Below, piece by piece: positions 13,224 to 27,680 of a DNA stretch of 64,000 nt. Position 1 is the first letter of the stretch, and every line of letters begins with the position of its first letter. The stretch is from Escherichia coli (GTDB lineage: Bacteria; Pseudomonadota; Gammaproteobacteria; Enterobacterales; Enterobacteriaceae), in NCBI RefSeq assembly GCF_050920415.1, contig NZ_CP169309.1. One strand, 5' to 3'. The notes below the pieces were generated by a model, which did no database searches, had not been told where the DNA came from, and saw only the letters and a list, made by a program, of their open reading frames with translations. The position numbers and the translations under genes were made by a program.

Positions 13224-14867
13224 TTAACGAATGTTAATCAGCGCATCAAAAATCGCGTTTGCCGTCTGCAGAACCTGTGCATTCGCCAGATAATACTGCT
13301 GAAAACGTTGCAGATTTCCGTACTCCTCATCGAGATTGACACCGGAAATCGACTGCTGCTGATTGGAAAGCTGCGTTACCACATTACCTTGCGTGGTGCT
13401 ACTGGTTTTCAACGTCGCGGTTTTATTACCGATATCACTCACTAACGATGCATAAGCGTCGTTAAAGGATTTCGCACCGCCCACCGTTTTACTGTTGCTT
13501 TGCAGATCCAGCAGGGCCTGACCGTTGCGGTTGTCGCTATCACCCGCATCTTCTTCGCTCGCCATGGCGATTTTCGCTTCGTCAGTGATTAATACATCCA
13601 TGTTGACGATGGCGTCACTTACCGGTTTCAGCGTGAAGCTGTCGTTAACGGCAGGCGTTCCTGTAAACGTCAACTCCAGACCATCAAATGCCACTTTACC
13701 GTTGGCATCCGGCGTCACCGTAAAAGTGGTATTGCTGGCAAGGCGGGTGACCTGCCACTGATTATTATCGAACGAGATTTTGTAATCTGTCGCCAGTACC
13801 GCGGAGGCATCAGTTACCGTGGCACCGATCGCAACGTCACCGTTGTTTTTAGTGTTTTGCAGAACCGCGGGCTTACCGATAGCAAAGAAATCTTCACCGG
13901 CATCGCCGTTAGCATCAAATCCGGCTTTGTGTTGGGTGTTGAAAGCCTCGGCAAATGCCAGCGCCAGTTGTCCGAGCGTATTACGCGTCTGGTCCAGATC
14001 CTGAGAACGGAATGTCAGAATGCCGCCCAGTGACCCGGTATTCAGCAATTTCTCCGGGATCTCAAGATTGCCCGCAGTCCCATCAACATAAGCGACAGTC
14101 GTACGAGAAGGGTCGGCGCTGGAAGGAACTGCCGCTAGCTGCCGCGCCGTACTACCCTGAACCAGTGAGTAACCATTGGCCATCGTGATGTTATAAGTGC
14201 CGCCATCCTGAACGCTGACTTCTACACCAACAATCTGGTTTAATTCGCTCACCAGTTGATCGCGTTGATCCAACAGATTGTTAGGTGACGCCCCTGCTCC
14301 CACGCCTGTCAGACGGGAGATTTGATCGTTCAGGCTGGCGATTTGTTTAGCGTAATTGTTGATCTGATCAACGCTGGCACCTATCGCGATATTGACCTGT
14401 TTGTCCTGGTCGCGCAGATATTGATCGGTGGTTTTAAACTGATTCACCAACCCTTCTGATTTCCCAATCAGCGCCTGGCGTGCTGCCGGGTCTTCCGCGT
14501 TACTTACCAGCGTTTGCAGGCTTGTGAAGAAATCCTGCATCTGTGTTGCCAGCGAAGAGGTACTGGTGGAGAGCATATTGTCGATTTTCGACATCTGCTC
14601 ATAGCGGGCAGTCAGGCCGCTACTTTGCGTCTGCGCAGCACGTAACTGGTTGGTAATAAACGCATCATACTCACGCTGCACACCAGAAACGTAGACGCCA
14701 TTGCCAACCCAGCCGCCAGCGCCCAACGTGCTATTGGCCTGCGCCATAATAGTGGTTTGGCGGGTATATCCGGCAACGTTATAGCTGGAGATATTATTAC
14801 TTGCCGTATTTAACGCCGCCTGGGCCGCGTTCAGTCCGCTCATGGCGTTATTGATCAAGCTGGACAT
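13224..14867 (-). CDS. flgK: Flagellar hook-associated protein 1
   Basis: 547-aa ORF; conserved N-terminal flagellar rod/hook motif. Confidence 0.95.
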   Translation of the reverse strand: MSSLINNAMSGLNAAQAALNTASNNISSYNVAGYTRQTTIMAQANSTLGAGGWVGNGVYVSGVQREYDAFITNQLRAAQTQSSGLTARYEQMSKIDNMLSTSTSSLATQMQDFFTSLQTLVSNAEDPAARQALIGKSEGLVNQFKTTDQYLRDQDKQVNIAIGASVDQINNYAKQIASLNDQISRLTGVGAGASPNNLLDQRDQLVSELNQIVGVEVSVQDGGTYNITMANGYSLVQGSTARQLAAVPSSADPSRTTVAYVDGTAGNLEIPEKLLNTGSLGGILTFRSQDLDQTRNTLGQLALAFAEAFNTQHKAGFDANGDAGEDFFAIGKPAVLQNTKNNGDVAIGATVTDASAVLATDYKISFDNNQWQVTRLASNTTFTVTPDANGKVAFDGLELTFTGTPAVNDSFTLKPVSDAIVNMDVLITDEAKIAMASEEDAGDSDNRNGQALLDLQSNSKTVGGAKSFNDAYASLVSDIGNKTATLKTSSTTQGNVVTQLSNQQQSISGVNLDEEYGNLQRFQQYYLANAQVLQTANAIFDALINIR

Positions 14868-14900
14868 GGAGGTTCCTTATAAGCCTTCAATTACAGAGTA

Positions 14901-14931
14901 TTATCGGCAGCGACCCGCCGGACTTGAGTTA
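14901..14931 (-). promoter_or_regulatory. Probable sigma-28 (FliA) class 3 promoter for flgKL
   Basis: Minus-strand GCCGATAA -10 element (ttatcggc at 14901-14908 on + strand) with a partial TAAA-like -35 upstream; lies in the flgJ 3' end / flgK upstream region. Confidence 0.45.
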
Positions 14932-14932
14932 T

Positions 14933-15874
14933 TCAGAACAGATTATCAATGTTCATGCTGTAGGTTTTGCTCACCTTGTCGCTTATCGATTTCATCTGCT
15001 GAATCATGCTGGTGAGTTTGCGGGCATAGTGAGGATCGGTGGCATAGCCCGCGTCCTGTAGGGCCTGCGCCCCCTGCTCAGCACTCGCGGCGGTCGTCAC
15101 GGCGGCGTAGCGCGGGTTACGCGTTAACAGCCCAACGTAATCCGACAATGCTTCCAGATACGAGCTGTAGACCCGAAACTTCGCTTTTACTTTCTTCGCT
15201 TCGCCATTTTCATATTCAGTCGTGGTGATTTCAGTGACTGGCCCTTTCCAGTTGCCAGAGGCTTTGACGCCAAACAGGTTATAGCTCGGCTCGCCGTTTT
15301 CACGGCGGATTTGCCGTTGTCCCCAGCCAGATTCCAGCGCCGCCTGAGCGAGGATCAAATGATGTGGCACACCGCTTTGCTGGCTTGCCAGTTGGGCGGG
15401 CAACGAGAGTTGCGCGAGGAATGCTTTACTGTCACCCGGCAGCGAATCATCGTAGTTACGTGGTACGGCCTTTTGCACCAGCTGCGAAAGCGTCTGATTT
15501 TGATAACGCACCACGGTTTCGAGCGGGAATTTCATCGGTGCTGCTGGCGTGGACTCATCTGGCAACGGTTGTTCTGGCGTCATCTGTTTAACAATCATCT
15601 CTGCCAGCCCCAGGCCTTTGCCCGCCGTCATCTGTTGGGCAATCTGCTGGTCATACATACTGGTGTAGAGGCGAGTGTGCTCGCTGCTGAACAGGCCATC
15701 TTTTGGCAAAGCGTCGCGCATGCTTTTCAGCATCATCTGCACGAACATCCCTTCCACCTGGCGGGCCACCGGACGGATATTTGCCGCCGGATCTTCGCCC
15801 GCTTTCGCCTTAAGTTCGTTGAGCGATTGTGCATCCCAGGCCGCACTTGCCAGTAGTTTGCTGTCGCTGATCAT
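14933..15874 (-). CDS. flgJ: Flagellar rod assembly protein / peptidoglycan hydrolase FlgJ
   Basis: ORF 14933..15904; start chosen at MISDSK (313 aa); ATGA overlap with flgI stop. Confidence 0.93.
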   Translation of the reverse strand: MISDSKLLASAAWDAQSLNELKAKAGEDPAANIRPVARQVEGMFVQMMLKSMRDALPKDGLFSSEHTRLYTSMYDQQIAQQMTAGKGLGLAEMIVKQMTPEQPLPDESTPAAPMKFPLETVVRYQNQTLSQLVQKAVPRNYDDSLPGDSKAFLAQLSLPAQLASQQSGVPHHLILAQAALESGWGQRQIRRENGEPSYNLFGVKASGNWKGPVTEITTTEYENGEAKKVKAKFRVYSSYLEALSDYVGLLTRNPRYAAVTTAASAEQGAQALQDAGYATDPHYARKLTSMIQQMKSISDKVSKTYSMNIDNLF

Positions 15875-16974
15875 CAGATGATTTCCAGTTTTGCCCGCAG
15901 ACATCCCGCACTTTGCATTGATTGCAAAATAGACATCAGATCCATCGGCGTAGCACCCAGCGCATTGAGCGCGCGCACCACGTTATTGAGGCTGGCACTG
16001 GAGCGTACGCTTTGCAGCGAACCGCCGCTCTGGCGTAAGTCGATCTGTGTTTGTGGAGTAACCACAGTCTGCCCGCCACCAAACGGTGTATCTGGCTGGC
16101 TGACATTGGCCTGCCGATTTACCGTAACCGAGAGATTACCCTGCGCTACCGCGCAGCTGTCGAGGGTCACTTCGCGATTCATCACCACCGAACCAGTGCG
16201 CGAGTTAATCACTACTTTAGCGTCCTGCGGGGTAACATTAACCTGCATATTCTGGATATCGGCAAGGAAACGGACCTGGGAACTGTTGCCACTCGGTACG
16301 CGCACCTGAATAGTCCGCGCATCTAACGCGGTGGCGCTGCCATATCCACGCACGCGGTTGATGGTGTCAGCGATTTGCTGCGCCATACTGAAATCTTCGT
16401 CGTTAAGTTGCAAATTAAGGGTATTCCCGACGCCAAACTGGCTGGGCAATTCACGTTCAATAACCGCACCATTGGTGATCCGTCCACCGTTCAGTTGGTT
16501 CACCTGAACACTGCTACCGCCAGCGGAGGCCCCTGCGCCGCCAACCAGAATATTGCCCTGTGCCAGCGCATACACCTGACTGTCAACGCCCTTAAGCGGT
16601 GTCATCAATAACGTACCGCCACGCAGACTTTTGGCATTTCCCATGGAAGAAACCACCACGTCAATGGTTTGCCCCTGACGTCCAAACGGTGGAAGTGACG
16701 CCGTCACCATTACCGCAGCGACGTTTTTTAGCTGCATATTAGTGCCCGTCGGAACGGTAATTCCCAGCTGTGAGAGCATGTTATTAAGCGTTTGTGTGGT
16801 AAACGGCGTCTGAGTTGTCTGGTCACCGGTGCCATCCAGCCCCACCACCAGGCCATAGCCAATCAGTGAGTTTTGCCTTACCCCCTGAACACTGGTGAGA
16901 TCGCGAATACGCTCAGCCTGAGCTGCCGTGATAACCAGTAGAAGAATTAATGCAGAGAGAAATTTAATCACCAC
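15874..16974 (-). CDS. flgI: Flagellar P-ring protein
   Basis: 366-aa ORF with signal peptide ([11 protein letters not shown]); the true start may be the second codon. Confidence 0.95.
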   Translation of the reverse strand: MVIKFLSALILLLVITAAQAERIRDLTSVQGVRQNSLIGYGLVVGLDGTGDQTTQTPFTTQTLNNMLSQLGITVPTGTNMQLKNVAAVMVTASLPPFGRQGQTIDVVVSSMGNAKSLRGGTLLMTPLKGVDSQVYALAQGNILVGGAGASAGGSSVQVNQLNGGRITNGAVIERELPSQFGVGNTLNLQLNDEDFSMAQQIADTINRVRGYGSATALDARTIQVRVPSGNSSQVRFLADIQNMQVNVTPQDAKVVINSRTGSVVMNREVTLDSCAVAQGNLSVTVNRQANVSQPDTPFGGGQTVVTPQTQIDLRQSGGSLQSVRSSASLNNVVRALNALGATPMDLMSILQSMQSAGCLRAKLEII

Positions 16975-16982
16975 AGCCTCAC

Positions 16983-17681
16983 TTACATTGGCGACAGGTT
17001 AAGGAAGAAACGCTGCAACCAGCCCATATTTTGCGCTTCGTTAATGTAGCCATTGCCTACGTATTCAATGCGCGCATCCGCCACCTGAGTAGACGGTACG
17101 GTATTACTGCCGCTGATGGTGCGAGGATTAACTACACCAGAGAAGCGAATAAATTCGGTACCCTGATTAATGGCGATCTGTTTTTCACCCACCACATGCA
17201 GGTTGCCGTTGACCAGTACCTGGTCAACCGTCACCGTCAACGTGCCGCTAAAGGTATTGCTGGCATTGGCCCCGCCTTTTCCGTTGAACGTGTTACCACC
17301 GGAGGCTTCGACATCGGCACGAGCGTTTCCAAACAGCCCCTGCAAATAGCGCGGCACAGTATCAAAGCCAAAATTAGTTTTACCGTCACGGCTGGCATTC
17401 GCAGAGGAGCTTTTGCTGGCGCTGACGTTCTCCTGCAACACGATGGTCAGCGTATCGCCAATATTGCGTGGTCGACGATCTTCAAACAGCGGTTGATAGC
17501 CATAGTTAATCGGCTGAGCAGACTGGAAAATAGAACCGTTGGCGACGGGCGTCGGACCGGGAACCGGTTGTGCACTGGTCGCCCCCTGTACCAGCGGCGT
17601 GGAGGGTATCCAGGCGCAGCCGGTTAGTGAAAGCACCAACAAGCTGGAAATGGCATAAGTATGCGCAGCGTTTTTTTGCAT
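16983..17681 (-). CDS. flgH: Flagellar L-ring lipoprotein
   Basis: ORF 16983..17696; start chosen at [10 protein letters not shown] (232 aa); lipobox LTGC. Confidence 0.93.
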   Translation of the reverse strand: MQKNAAHTYAISSLLVLSLTGCAWIPSTPLVQGATSAQPVPGPTPVANGSIFQSAQPINYGYQPLFEDRRPRNIGDTLTIVLQENVSASKSSSANASRDGKTNFGFDTVPRYLQGLFGNARADVEASGGNTFNGKGGANASNTFSGTLTVTVDQVLVNGNLHVVGEKQIAINQGTEFIRFSGVVNPRTISGSNTVPSTQVADARIEYVGNGYINEAQNMGWLQRFFLNLSPM

Positions 17682-17733
17682 GGCTATCATCTTCAAAAAT
17701 CAGTAAACCGGTGAATCTGCCACCGGTTATGCC

Positions 17734-18534
<801 letters not shown>

Positions 18535-18561
18535 TTATTGACAAAATGCATATGTCTTCAT

Positions 18562-18595
<34 letters not shown>

Positions 18596-18686
18596 AAGGG
18601 ATAGAAAAATCAATAAATTGCGATGTACCCCGTAGACCGATAAGTTTGCACACTGGGCAACTTACATTTGTCATGTATCCGTTCAA

Positions 18687-19442
18687 TTAACTCATCGACA
18701 GCAGTTGGTTGGCACGGCCTGCGTTATCATCAACGCTGCTGATCACCTTCATCTGCATTTCAAAACGCCGCGCGCTGGCAATCATGTCGCTCATTGCCGC
18801 AACGGCATTGACGTTACTGCCTTCCAGAACCCCCGACATCACACGTAAGGTTGGATCTGCCTGCAGTACCGGCCCACGCGTAGCCTGGCTTTCTGCGCTT
18901 AAACGAAACATGCCGTCGTCACCGCGCTGCACTTCGCTGCCCGTGGCTTTCACCAGCTTCAGACGCCCCACTGGCGCGACAGTATTTGCCGGATCGCCAG
19001 AATTCAGCGCCGAGATTGTGCCATCGGCAGCAACAGTGATTTCCGCCCCTTCCGGCACAGCAATTGGCCCCGCCTCGCCGATCACCGGATGCCCCTGAAT
19101 TGTCAGTTGCCCGGTGGGATCAACCTGAATGCTGCCATTACGCGTATATCCTTCGCTGCCGTCAGCGGTCTGCACGGCCAGCCAGCCGTCCTGCTGCAAC
19201 GCGACGTCCAGCGGGCGCGAGGTGTAATCCATCTTACCGGGCGTCATGTCAGCACCCGGTGTTGACGCCGTAACCAGCGTGCGCGTGGGTAGTGAAAGCC
19301 CTTCCACCGGCACTGCACGCAAGGCGTTTAACTGTGCGCGAAAACCGGGCGTAGAGGCATTGGCCAGATTACTGGCGGTCACCGCCTGTTGATTCAGCGT
19401 CTGGCTGGCTGCCCCCATCGCGGTATAAATTGCGTGATCCAT
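18687..19442 (-). CDS. flgF: Flagellar proximal rod protein
   Basis: 251-aa ORF recognised as FlgF. Confidence 0.95.
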   Translation of the reverse strand: MDHAIYTAMGAASQTLNQQAVTASNLANASTPGFRAQLNALRAVPVEGLSLPTRTLVTASTPGADMTPGKMDYTSRPLDVALQQDGWLAVQTADGSEGYTRNGSIQVDPTGQLTIQGHPVIGEAGPIAVPEGAEITVAADGTISALNSGDPANTVAPVGRLKLVKATGSEVQRGDDGMFRLSAESQATRGPVLQADPTLRVMSGVLEGSNVNAVAAMSDMIASARRFEMQMKVISSVDDNAGRANQLLSMS

Positions 19443-19461
19443 TGAGCTATCCCGTCAGCGA

Positions 19462-20667
19462 TTAGCGTAAGTTAACCAGCGTGTTGAGGATCTGGTCCTG
19501 AGTTTTGATGGTCTGGGCGTTAGACTGATAGTTACGCTGGGCAACGATCATATTGACCAGTTCTTTGCTGAGATCGACGTTGGACGCTTCCAGCGCACCG
19601 TTGGTCAGGGTGCCAAAGTTGCCCGTCCCGGCAGTCCCCAACAGCGCCACGCCAGAAGATTGCGTCGCAGACCAGACATTGTCACCTTCAGATGCCAAAC
19701 CTTCGTTGTTGGCAAAGTTCGCCAGTACAATCTGCCCCAGCAGTTGGGTTTGTTCGTTGGAATAGTTGCCGACAACCGTACCGTCATCATTGATTTGATA
19801 ACTCACCAGATCGCCCGGTTTATAGCCGTTCTGGGTGGTTGCCACAATGTTGTTAGCACCGGTATTTTGCTGCATGGAGTTGAGGAAGCTCAGGCTAAAC
19901 GTGGCGGGATCTGCGCCGTTAATTGCGCCGGTGGTAATATCCTTTGTTGGATCTGAGGTCAGAACGCCATTGGCATTAAACAACAGCGTCGTTGCAGGGT
20001 TAGCTGTGCCTTTTGGATCACTGCTATCCAGGGTGTAAACATCCCAGTTATTATCCCCGGTCTTCACAAAATAAACGCTCATATCATGAGCATTACCCTG
20101 ACTATCGAAAACAGTCACCGAACCTTTTTTGTTATAGCTATCCGCATTGCTGGCATCGAATCCTTTAACAGAGGGAAGCGGATCACTGGAATTCAGGTTG
20201 ATCTGCATCGACGCCGTGGTGGTAGTTTTCGCTGCCATCAGGGTATTCGGGATCGAAATATTGGTCGGATTCGCCCCTTGTTGAATAGTCGGCGGCGTAC
20301 CGGTTGCCGGGTAACCCGTCAGCTGTAAACCTTGCATATTCACCAGGTTACGGTTTTCATCCAGCTTAAATTGTCCGTTACGGCTGTAGAACACCGAACC
20401 GTTGCTGTCTACCAGACGGAAAAAACCGTTCTGGCTGATAGCAACGTCCAGACCACGCCCGGTGTTGGTGGTCGTGCCATCGGTAAAGTCCTGAGTGATA
20501 CCGGCAACTTTTACCCCCAGTCCCACTTTCGAACCGGCAAACATATCGGCAAAAGAGGCCGTGCCTGATTTAAAGCCGTAGGTGGCGGAGTTGGCGATAT
20601 TGTTGCCAATAACATCGAGGTTGGTGGCGGCAGCGTTTAATCCGCTAACCGCTTGAGAAAAGGCCAT
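19462..20667 (-). CDS. flgE: Flagellar hook protein
   Basis: 401-aa ORF recognised as FlgE. Confidence 0.95.
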   Translation of the reverse strand: MAFSQAVSGLNAAATNLDVIGNNIANSATYGFKSGTASFADMFAGSKVGLGVKVAGITQDFTDGTTTNTGRGLDVAISQNGFFRLVDSNGSVFYSRNGQFKLDENRNLVNMQGLQLTGYPATGTPPTIQQGANPTNISIPNTLMAAKTTTTASMQINLNSSDPLPSVKGFDASNADSYNKKGSVTVFDSQGNAHDMSVYFVKTGDNNWDVYTLDSSDPKGTANPATTLLFNANGVLTSDPTKDITTGAINGADPATFSLSFLNSMQQNTGANNIVATTQNGYKPGDLVSYQINDDGTVVGNYSNEQTQLLGQIVLANFANNEGLASEGDNVWSATQSSGVALLGTAGTGNFGTLTNGALEASNVDLSKELVNMIVAQRNYQSNAQTIKTQDQILNTLVNLR

Positions 20668-20692
20668 GACTGACTCCTGAAATTTGAGGGCT

Positions 20693-21388
20693 TTAAATTA
20701 TCTGCCGTACTTCGTCGAGGGTGGTGGTGCCGTAAGTGCCGAGATCCAGCGTATTACCGTTGTTGCCGCGGATCACCCCCTGCACCAGAGCAAACTGCAG
20801 CGGCTGGGCAACCAGTTGTGTACCACCGCTACTGGCGCTAATCGCTACATTGTAAGAACCGTTCGGCGCAGTGCTGCCGTCAGTCAACGTACCGTCCCAG
20901 GTGAAACTGTGGACTCCGGCAGTCAGTTCACCGATATCAATGGTACGGACAACCGCGCCGTTTTTATCGGTGATGGTGGCCGTAACTTTGTCTGCCGCCT
21001 GCTGCAACTCAACACCAAACGGTGTGGTCGTGGTCACAGCCCCTTCTTCACTGCCGGTTCCGGCAAGAACTGTGGTGCCGGGGATCATCACACCGTGACC
21101 GATCAGGTTACTGGCCTGTAACGACTGGCTGTTATCAATCTGTCCGGAAATAGATCCGAGCGTGGTATTGAGTTTTTCAATCCCGCTGACCGTGCTGATT
21201 TGCGCCAATTGCGACGTCAGCTCGTTGTTTTCCATTGGATTGGTCGGGTCCTGGTTTTTCAGCTGCGCCACCAGCAAAGTCAGAAAACTGCTTTGTAAAT
21301 CTGCGGCGTTGCTACCCGTGAGCGAGCTACTGCTGGTGGTGCTAACGCCGGTATTTGTCGGATCGGTGGTGGTTACCGCAATGGACAT
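20693..21388 (-). CDS. flgD: Flagellar hook capping / assembly protein
   Basis: 231-aa ORF recognised as FlgD. Confidence 0.94.
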   Translation of the reverse strand: MSIAVTTTDPTNTGVSTTSSSSLTGSNAADLQSSFLTLLVAQLKNQDPTNPMENNELTSQLAQISTVSGIEKLNTTLGSISGQIDNSQSLQASNLIGHGVMIPGTTVLAGTGSEEGAVTTTTPFGVELQQAADKVTATITDKNGAVVRTIDIGELTAGVHSFTWDGTLTDGSTAPNGSYNVAISASSGGTQLVAQPLQFALVQGVIRGNNGNTLDLGTYGTTTLDEVRQII

Positions 21389-21399
21389 AGCTTTCTCCT

Positions 21400-21804
21400 T
21401 TATTGACCGAGCGTAAGGGTTTTCAGCATCATGCTTTTCACCGTGTTGAGCACTTCAACATTGGCCTGATAGCTGCGTGACGCCGACATGGTGTTAACCA
21501 TCTCCCCGACAACATCAACGTTTGGCATTTTCACGTAGCCCTTTGCATCCGCCAGCGGATTACCCGGTTCATAAACCAGTTTGTCCGGAGCCTGACTTTC
21601 TATAACATCGGCAACCTTTACGCCGCCTGTCGCAGCACCTGGCGCAGCGTTAACCTGAAATACCACCTGTTTTGCCCGATATGGCTGTCCATCGGGACCG
21701 GTCACGCTATCAGCATTCGCCAGATTACTGGCCGCCACGTTCAGGCGCTGGGACTGGGCAGTTAACGCCGACCCGGCGATATCAAAAATATTCAGCAGTG
21801 CCAT
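21400..21804 (-). CDS. flgC: Flagellar basal-body rod protein
   Basis: 134-aa ORF recognised as FlgC. Confidence 0.95.
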
Positions 21805-21807
21805 CCG

Positions 21808-22224
21808 TTAATTTCCGCTCTGTAAAACGTTCATCATGCCTTTGATTTGCCCGCTCAACGCGCTAAGGCTCATCTGGTATTGCAGGCTATTATCGGCAAA
21901 CTGGGTGCGTTCGCGATCCATATCGACGGTATTACCATCCAGCGAAGGCTGGTCCGGAATACGGTATTGCAGTTCTGCGGTAGGAGGCGTCAGCGCCTGC
22001 GCCGGAATGTGTTGCGTTGAGGTCATCGTCAGCGCAACCATGCTGGTTTCATCCCGTCCACGCTGCATGACCTTTTTAAGTTCACTGGCAAAATCGATAT
22101 CGCGTGCCTGATAACCAGGGGTATCGGCATTGGCGATGTTTGCTGCCAGCACTTCCTGACGCTGGGCGCGCAGATTGAGCGCCTCTTGTTGAAAACGTAA
22201 GGCGGCGTCGAGCTTATCGAGCAT
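21808..22224 (-). CDS. flgB: Flagellar basal-body rod protein
   Basis: 138-aa ORF recognised as FlgB; first gene of the flgB operon. Confidence 0.95.
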   Translation of the reverse strand: MLDKLDAALRFQQEALNLRAQRQEVLAANIANADTPGYQARDIDFASELKKVMQRGRDETSMVALTMTSTQHIPAQALTPPTAELQYRIPDQPSLDGNTVDMDRERTQFADNSLQYQMSLSALSGQIKGMMNVLQSGN

Positions 22225-22378
22225 ATCTCCTCCGCAAGTATCAAAATTCTGCCATCAGCTTAAATGCCTTTACGCGCGCGTTATCGGCGGAATAAACGCA
22301 AAATGGGTCGCTATTTATGCCGTTGATGGTCATTGCGTACAGGTACAATTCACGTTGTAGAAATGGCTGGGAGCGAAA
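22225..22378. promoter_or_regulatory. Divergent flgB / flgA class 2 flagellar promoter region (FlhD4C2-dependent)
   Basis: 154-bp interval between divergently transcribed flgB and flgA; FlhDC control of both is established knowledge; individual boxes not resolved here. Confidence 0.55.
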
Positions 22379-23038
22379 ATGCTGACAATAAAACGTAGCG
22401 TGGCGATCATTGCGATACTGTTCAGTCCGTTAAGTGCGGCGAGCAATCTCACATCGCAGTTACAAACCTTTTTTAGCGCCCAGCTCGCGGGAGTAAGTGA
22501 TGAGGTTCGTGTTTCTATTCGTACATCGCCCCATCTACTTCCGCCGTGCGAGCAACCACTGCTTTCGATAAGCAATAATTCCCGCCTGTGGGGAAATGTG
22601 AATGTGCTGGCACGCTGCGGTAACGACAAACGATATTTGCAAGTCAATGTACAGGCCACAGGAAATTATGTGGTTGCCGCGATGCCCATTGTGCGGGGAG
22701 GAAAGCTGGAAGCTGGCAATGTAAAACTGAAACGCGGACGACTGGACACCTTGCCGCCGCGTACTGTGTTGGATATCAATCAACTTATTGATGCCGTTAG
22801 CCTGCGCGATCTATCACCCGAACAACCTATCCAATTAACCCAGTTGCGCCAGGCCTGGCGTGTAAAAGCGGGACAACGCGTCAACGTGATCGCCAGTGGT
22901 GATGGGTTTAGCGCCAACGCTGAAGGTCAGGCGCTGAACAATGCTGCCGTCGCACAGAATGCGCGGGTGCGCATGGTATCGGGACAGGTGGTCAGCGGCG
23001 TTGTTGATGCAGATGGGAATATTCTTATAAACCTGTAA
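22379..23038 (+). CDS. flgA: Flagellar P-ring assembly chaperone
   Basis: 219-aa ORF with signal peptide, recognised as FlgA. Confidence 0.94.
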   Translation: MLTIKRSVAIIAILFSPLSAASNLTSQLQTFFSAQLAGVSDEVRVSIRTSPHLLPPCEQPLLSISNNSRLWGNVNVLARCGNDKRYLQVNVQATGNYVVAAMPIVRGGKLEAGNVKLKRGRLDTLPPRTVLDINQLIDAVSLRDLSPEQPIQLTQLRQAWRVKAGQRVNVIASGDGFSANAEGQALNNAAVAQNARVRMVSGQVVSGVVDADGNILINL

Positions 23039-23043
23039 GCTAT

Positions 23044-23070
23044 TAAAGATTACCCGTCCCTTGCCGATAA
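23044..23070 (+). promoter_or_regulatory. Sigma-28 (FliA) class 3 promoter for flgMN
   Basis: TAAAGATT (23044-23051) - 11 nt - GCCGATAA (23063-23070), a near-perfect sigma-28 consensus just after the flgA stop and 44 nt upstream of the flgM ATG. Confidence 0.8.
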
Positions 23071-23113
23071 ATAAGCAACACATGATAAAAGCGCCCTCAA
23101 TGAGGAATAAACC

Positions 23114-23407
23114 ATGAGTATTGACCGCACTTCACCTCTGAAGCCCGTAAGCACCGTTCAACCGCGTGAAACCACTGACGCGCCGGTAACGAATACCCGG
23201 GCGGCAAAAACAACCGCCGCCACCAGCACCAGTGTGACGTTAAGCGACGCGCAAGCAAAACTAATGCAACCCGGCAGCAGTGATATCAATCTTGAACGTG
23301 TCGAAGCGTTAAAACTGGCGATTCGTAACGGTGAACTAAAAATGGACACCGGCAAAATTGCCGATGCGCTAATCAACGAAGCGCAGCAAGACTTGCAGAG
23401 TAACTGA
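23114..23407 (+). CDS. flgM: Anti-sigma-28 factor
   Basis: 97-aa ORF recognised as FlgM. Confidence 0.96.
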   Translation: MSIDRTSPLKPVSTVQPRETTDAPVTNTRAAKTTAATSTSVTLSDAQAKLMQPGSSDINLERVEALKLAIRNGELKMDTGKIADALINEAQQDLQSN

Positions 23408-23411
23408 TCGT

Positions 23412-23828
23412 ATGACGCGTCTTGCAGAGATCCTCGACCAGATGTCCGCAGTGCTTAACGATCTCAAAACGGTAATGGATCAAGAGCAGCAACATCTCTC
23501 AATGGGGCAGATCAACGGCAGCCAGTTGCAATGGATTACAGAACAAAAAAGCTCACTGCTGGCGACGTTGGATTACCTCGAACAGTTACGCAGAAAAGAA
23601 CCCAATGCAGAAAATAGCGTTGATATTAGTCAACGTTGGCAGGAAATTACGGTGCAAACTCAGCAACTACGTCAAATGAATCAACATAATGGCTGGTTAC
23701 TGGAAGGACAGATTGAGCGCAATCAACAGGCGCTGGAAATGTTAAAACCGCATCAGGAACCGACGCTGTACGGGGCGAACGGTCAGACATCAATACCCCA
23801 TCGCGGCAGTAAAAAGATTTCGATCTGA
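23412..23828 (+). CDS. flgN: Flagellar export chaperone for FlgK/FlgL
   Basis: 138-aa ORF recognised as FlgN. Confidence 0.95.
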   Translation: MTRLAEILDQMSAVLNDLKTVMDQEQQHLSMGQINGSQLQWITEQKSSLLATLDYLEQLRRKEPNAENSVDISQRWQEITVQTQQLRQMNQHNGWLLEGQIERNQQALEMLKPHQEPTLYGANGQTSIPHRGSKKISI

Positions 23829-23837
23829 AGATTATCT

Positions 23838-23858
23838 CCGGCCTGCAGTGCAGGCCGG
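23838..23858. terminator. Bidirectional terminator between convergent flgN and murJ
   Basis: Perfect palindrome ccggcctgca-g-tgcaggccgg between the two stop codons. Confidence 0.7.
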
Positions 23859-23867
23859 AATGCATTG

Positions 23868-25490
<1,623 letters not shown>

Positions 25491-25512
25491 CTACCGCCAG
25501 ATGTTACAGGGT

Positions 25513-26436
25513 TTATTCACTCATCGCATCGCGCCAGATCTTGTCAACGATGCGTTGCGCCAGTATTGCCTGTTCTCCGGCAGTTTGTGGAACTGTCTGA
25601 TTTTGCACGCAATCAATGAAGTGACGCGCACAGCCAACAAATCCACGTTGCTCAAGAGTACTCTGCCAACCTGGAATAGGTTTATGCACCACGCCCTGCC
25701 CGCGCTCCTCACGCCATTCGCGCATATCCGTAATGTCGATGAGCGCACCGTCAGTCACGGCCTGCACGGTTTCACGCTGACTTCCGGCACGGCGATGCAT
25801 ACAGGTGGTGATCTGCAAAGGACCGGCCGAAAAATGGTGCTCGGCAAACAGCATTTCGCCAGCGTCATTAGTCAGTAGCGTACCGCCATCCAGAGAGACT
25901 TTGCCGCCCGACAACCACAGCACGGTATCCACCACATGCAGATAATCATCCAGCAACGTGAAATAAAGGTCGTGTGGCCCGACGCTATTACTACGATGTT
26001 TATCCATTCTTAGCGAGGCGGCGGTGGAGAGTTGTGTTTTTAACTCAACGTAGAGTGGTGCGAAGCGACGGTTAAAACCGACCATCAACGTCAGTTTTTT
26101 CCGCGCCGCCAGTTCAACCAGCCGTTCAGCATCGCGCAGATTTTCTGCCAGCGGTTTATCGACACAGACATGTACCCCCGCATTGAGTAACGCACTGACC
26201 ACGTCAAGGTGGCTGGCGGTGCTGGAATGCACAAAAACTGCATCGCAACTGGCGGCAAGGCTGGATAACGAATCGGCATAAGGAATGCGCCAGCTGTCAC
26301 AAATTGGCAAGGCTTTCGCGCGCGTAGGCGACCACGCACCTTGTAACGTCCAGTCAGACGCTGCCGCCAGCACCGGTAACCACGCCTTTTGCGCGATGCC
26401 GCCTAACCCCACTACGCCGATACGTAATTTTTTCAC
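25513..26436 (-). CDS. yceM: Gfo/Idh/MocA-family oxidoreductase YceM (MviM)
   Basis: ORF 25513..26469; probable GTG start at 26436 one nt after the yceH stop (307 aa); Rossmann motif GVVGLGGIA. Confidence 0.88.
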   Translation of the reverse strand: MKKLRIGVVGLGGIAQKAWLPVLAAASDWTLQGAWSPTRAKALPICDSWRIPYADSLSSLAASCDAVFVHSSTASHLDVVSALLNAGVHVCVDKPLAENLRDAERLVELAARKKLTLMVGFNRRFAPLYVELKTQLSTAASLRMDKHRSNSVGPHDLYFTLLDDYLHVVDTVLWLSGGKVSLDGGTLLTNDAGEMLFAEHHFSAGPLQITTCMHRRAGSQRETVQAVTDGALIDITDMREWREERGQGVVHKPIPGWQSTLEQRGFVGCARHFIDCVQNQTVPQTAGEQAILAQRIVDKIWRDAMSE

Positions 26437-26437
26437 T

Positions 26438-27680
<1,243 letters not shown>

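Noticed and set aside
15311-15856. 181-aa plus-strand ORF
   Set aside because: Antisense within flgJ; explained by the GC-rich codon bias of the sense gene.
17031-17627. 198-aa plus-strand ORF
   Set aside because: Antisense within flgH.
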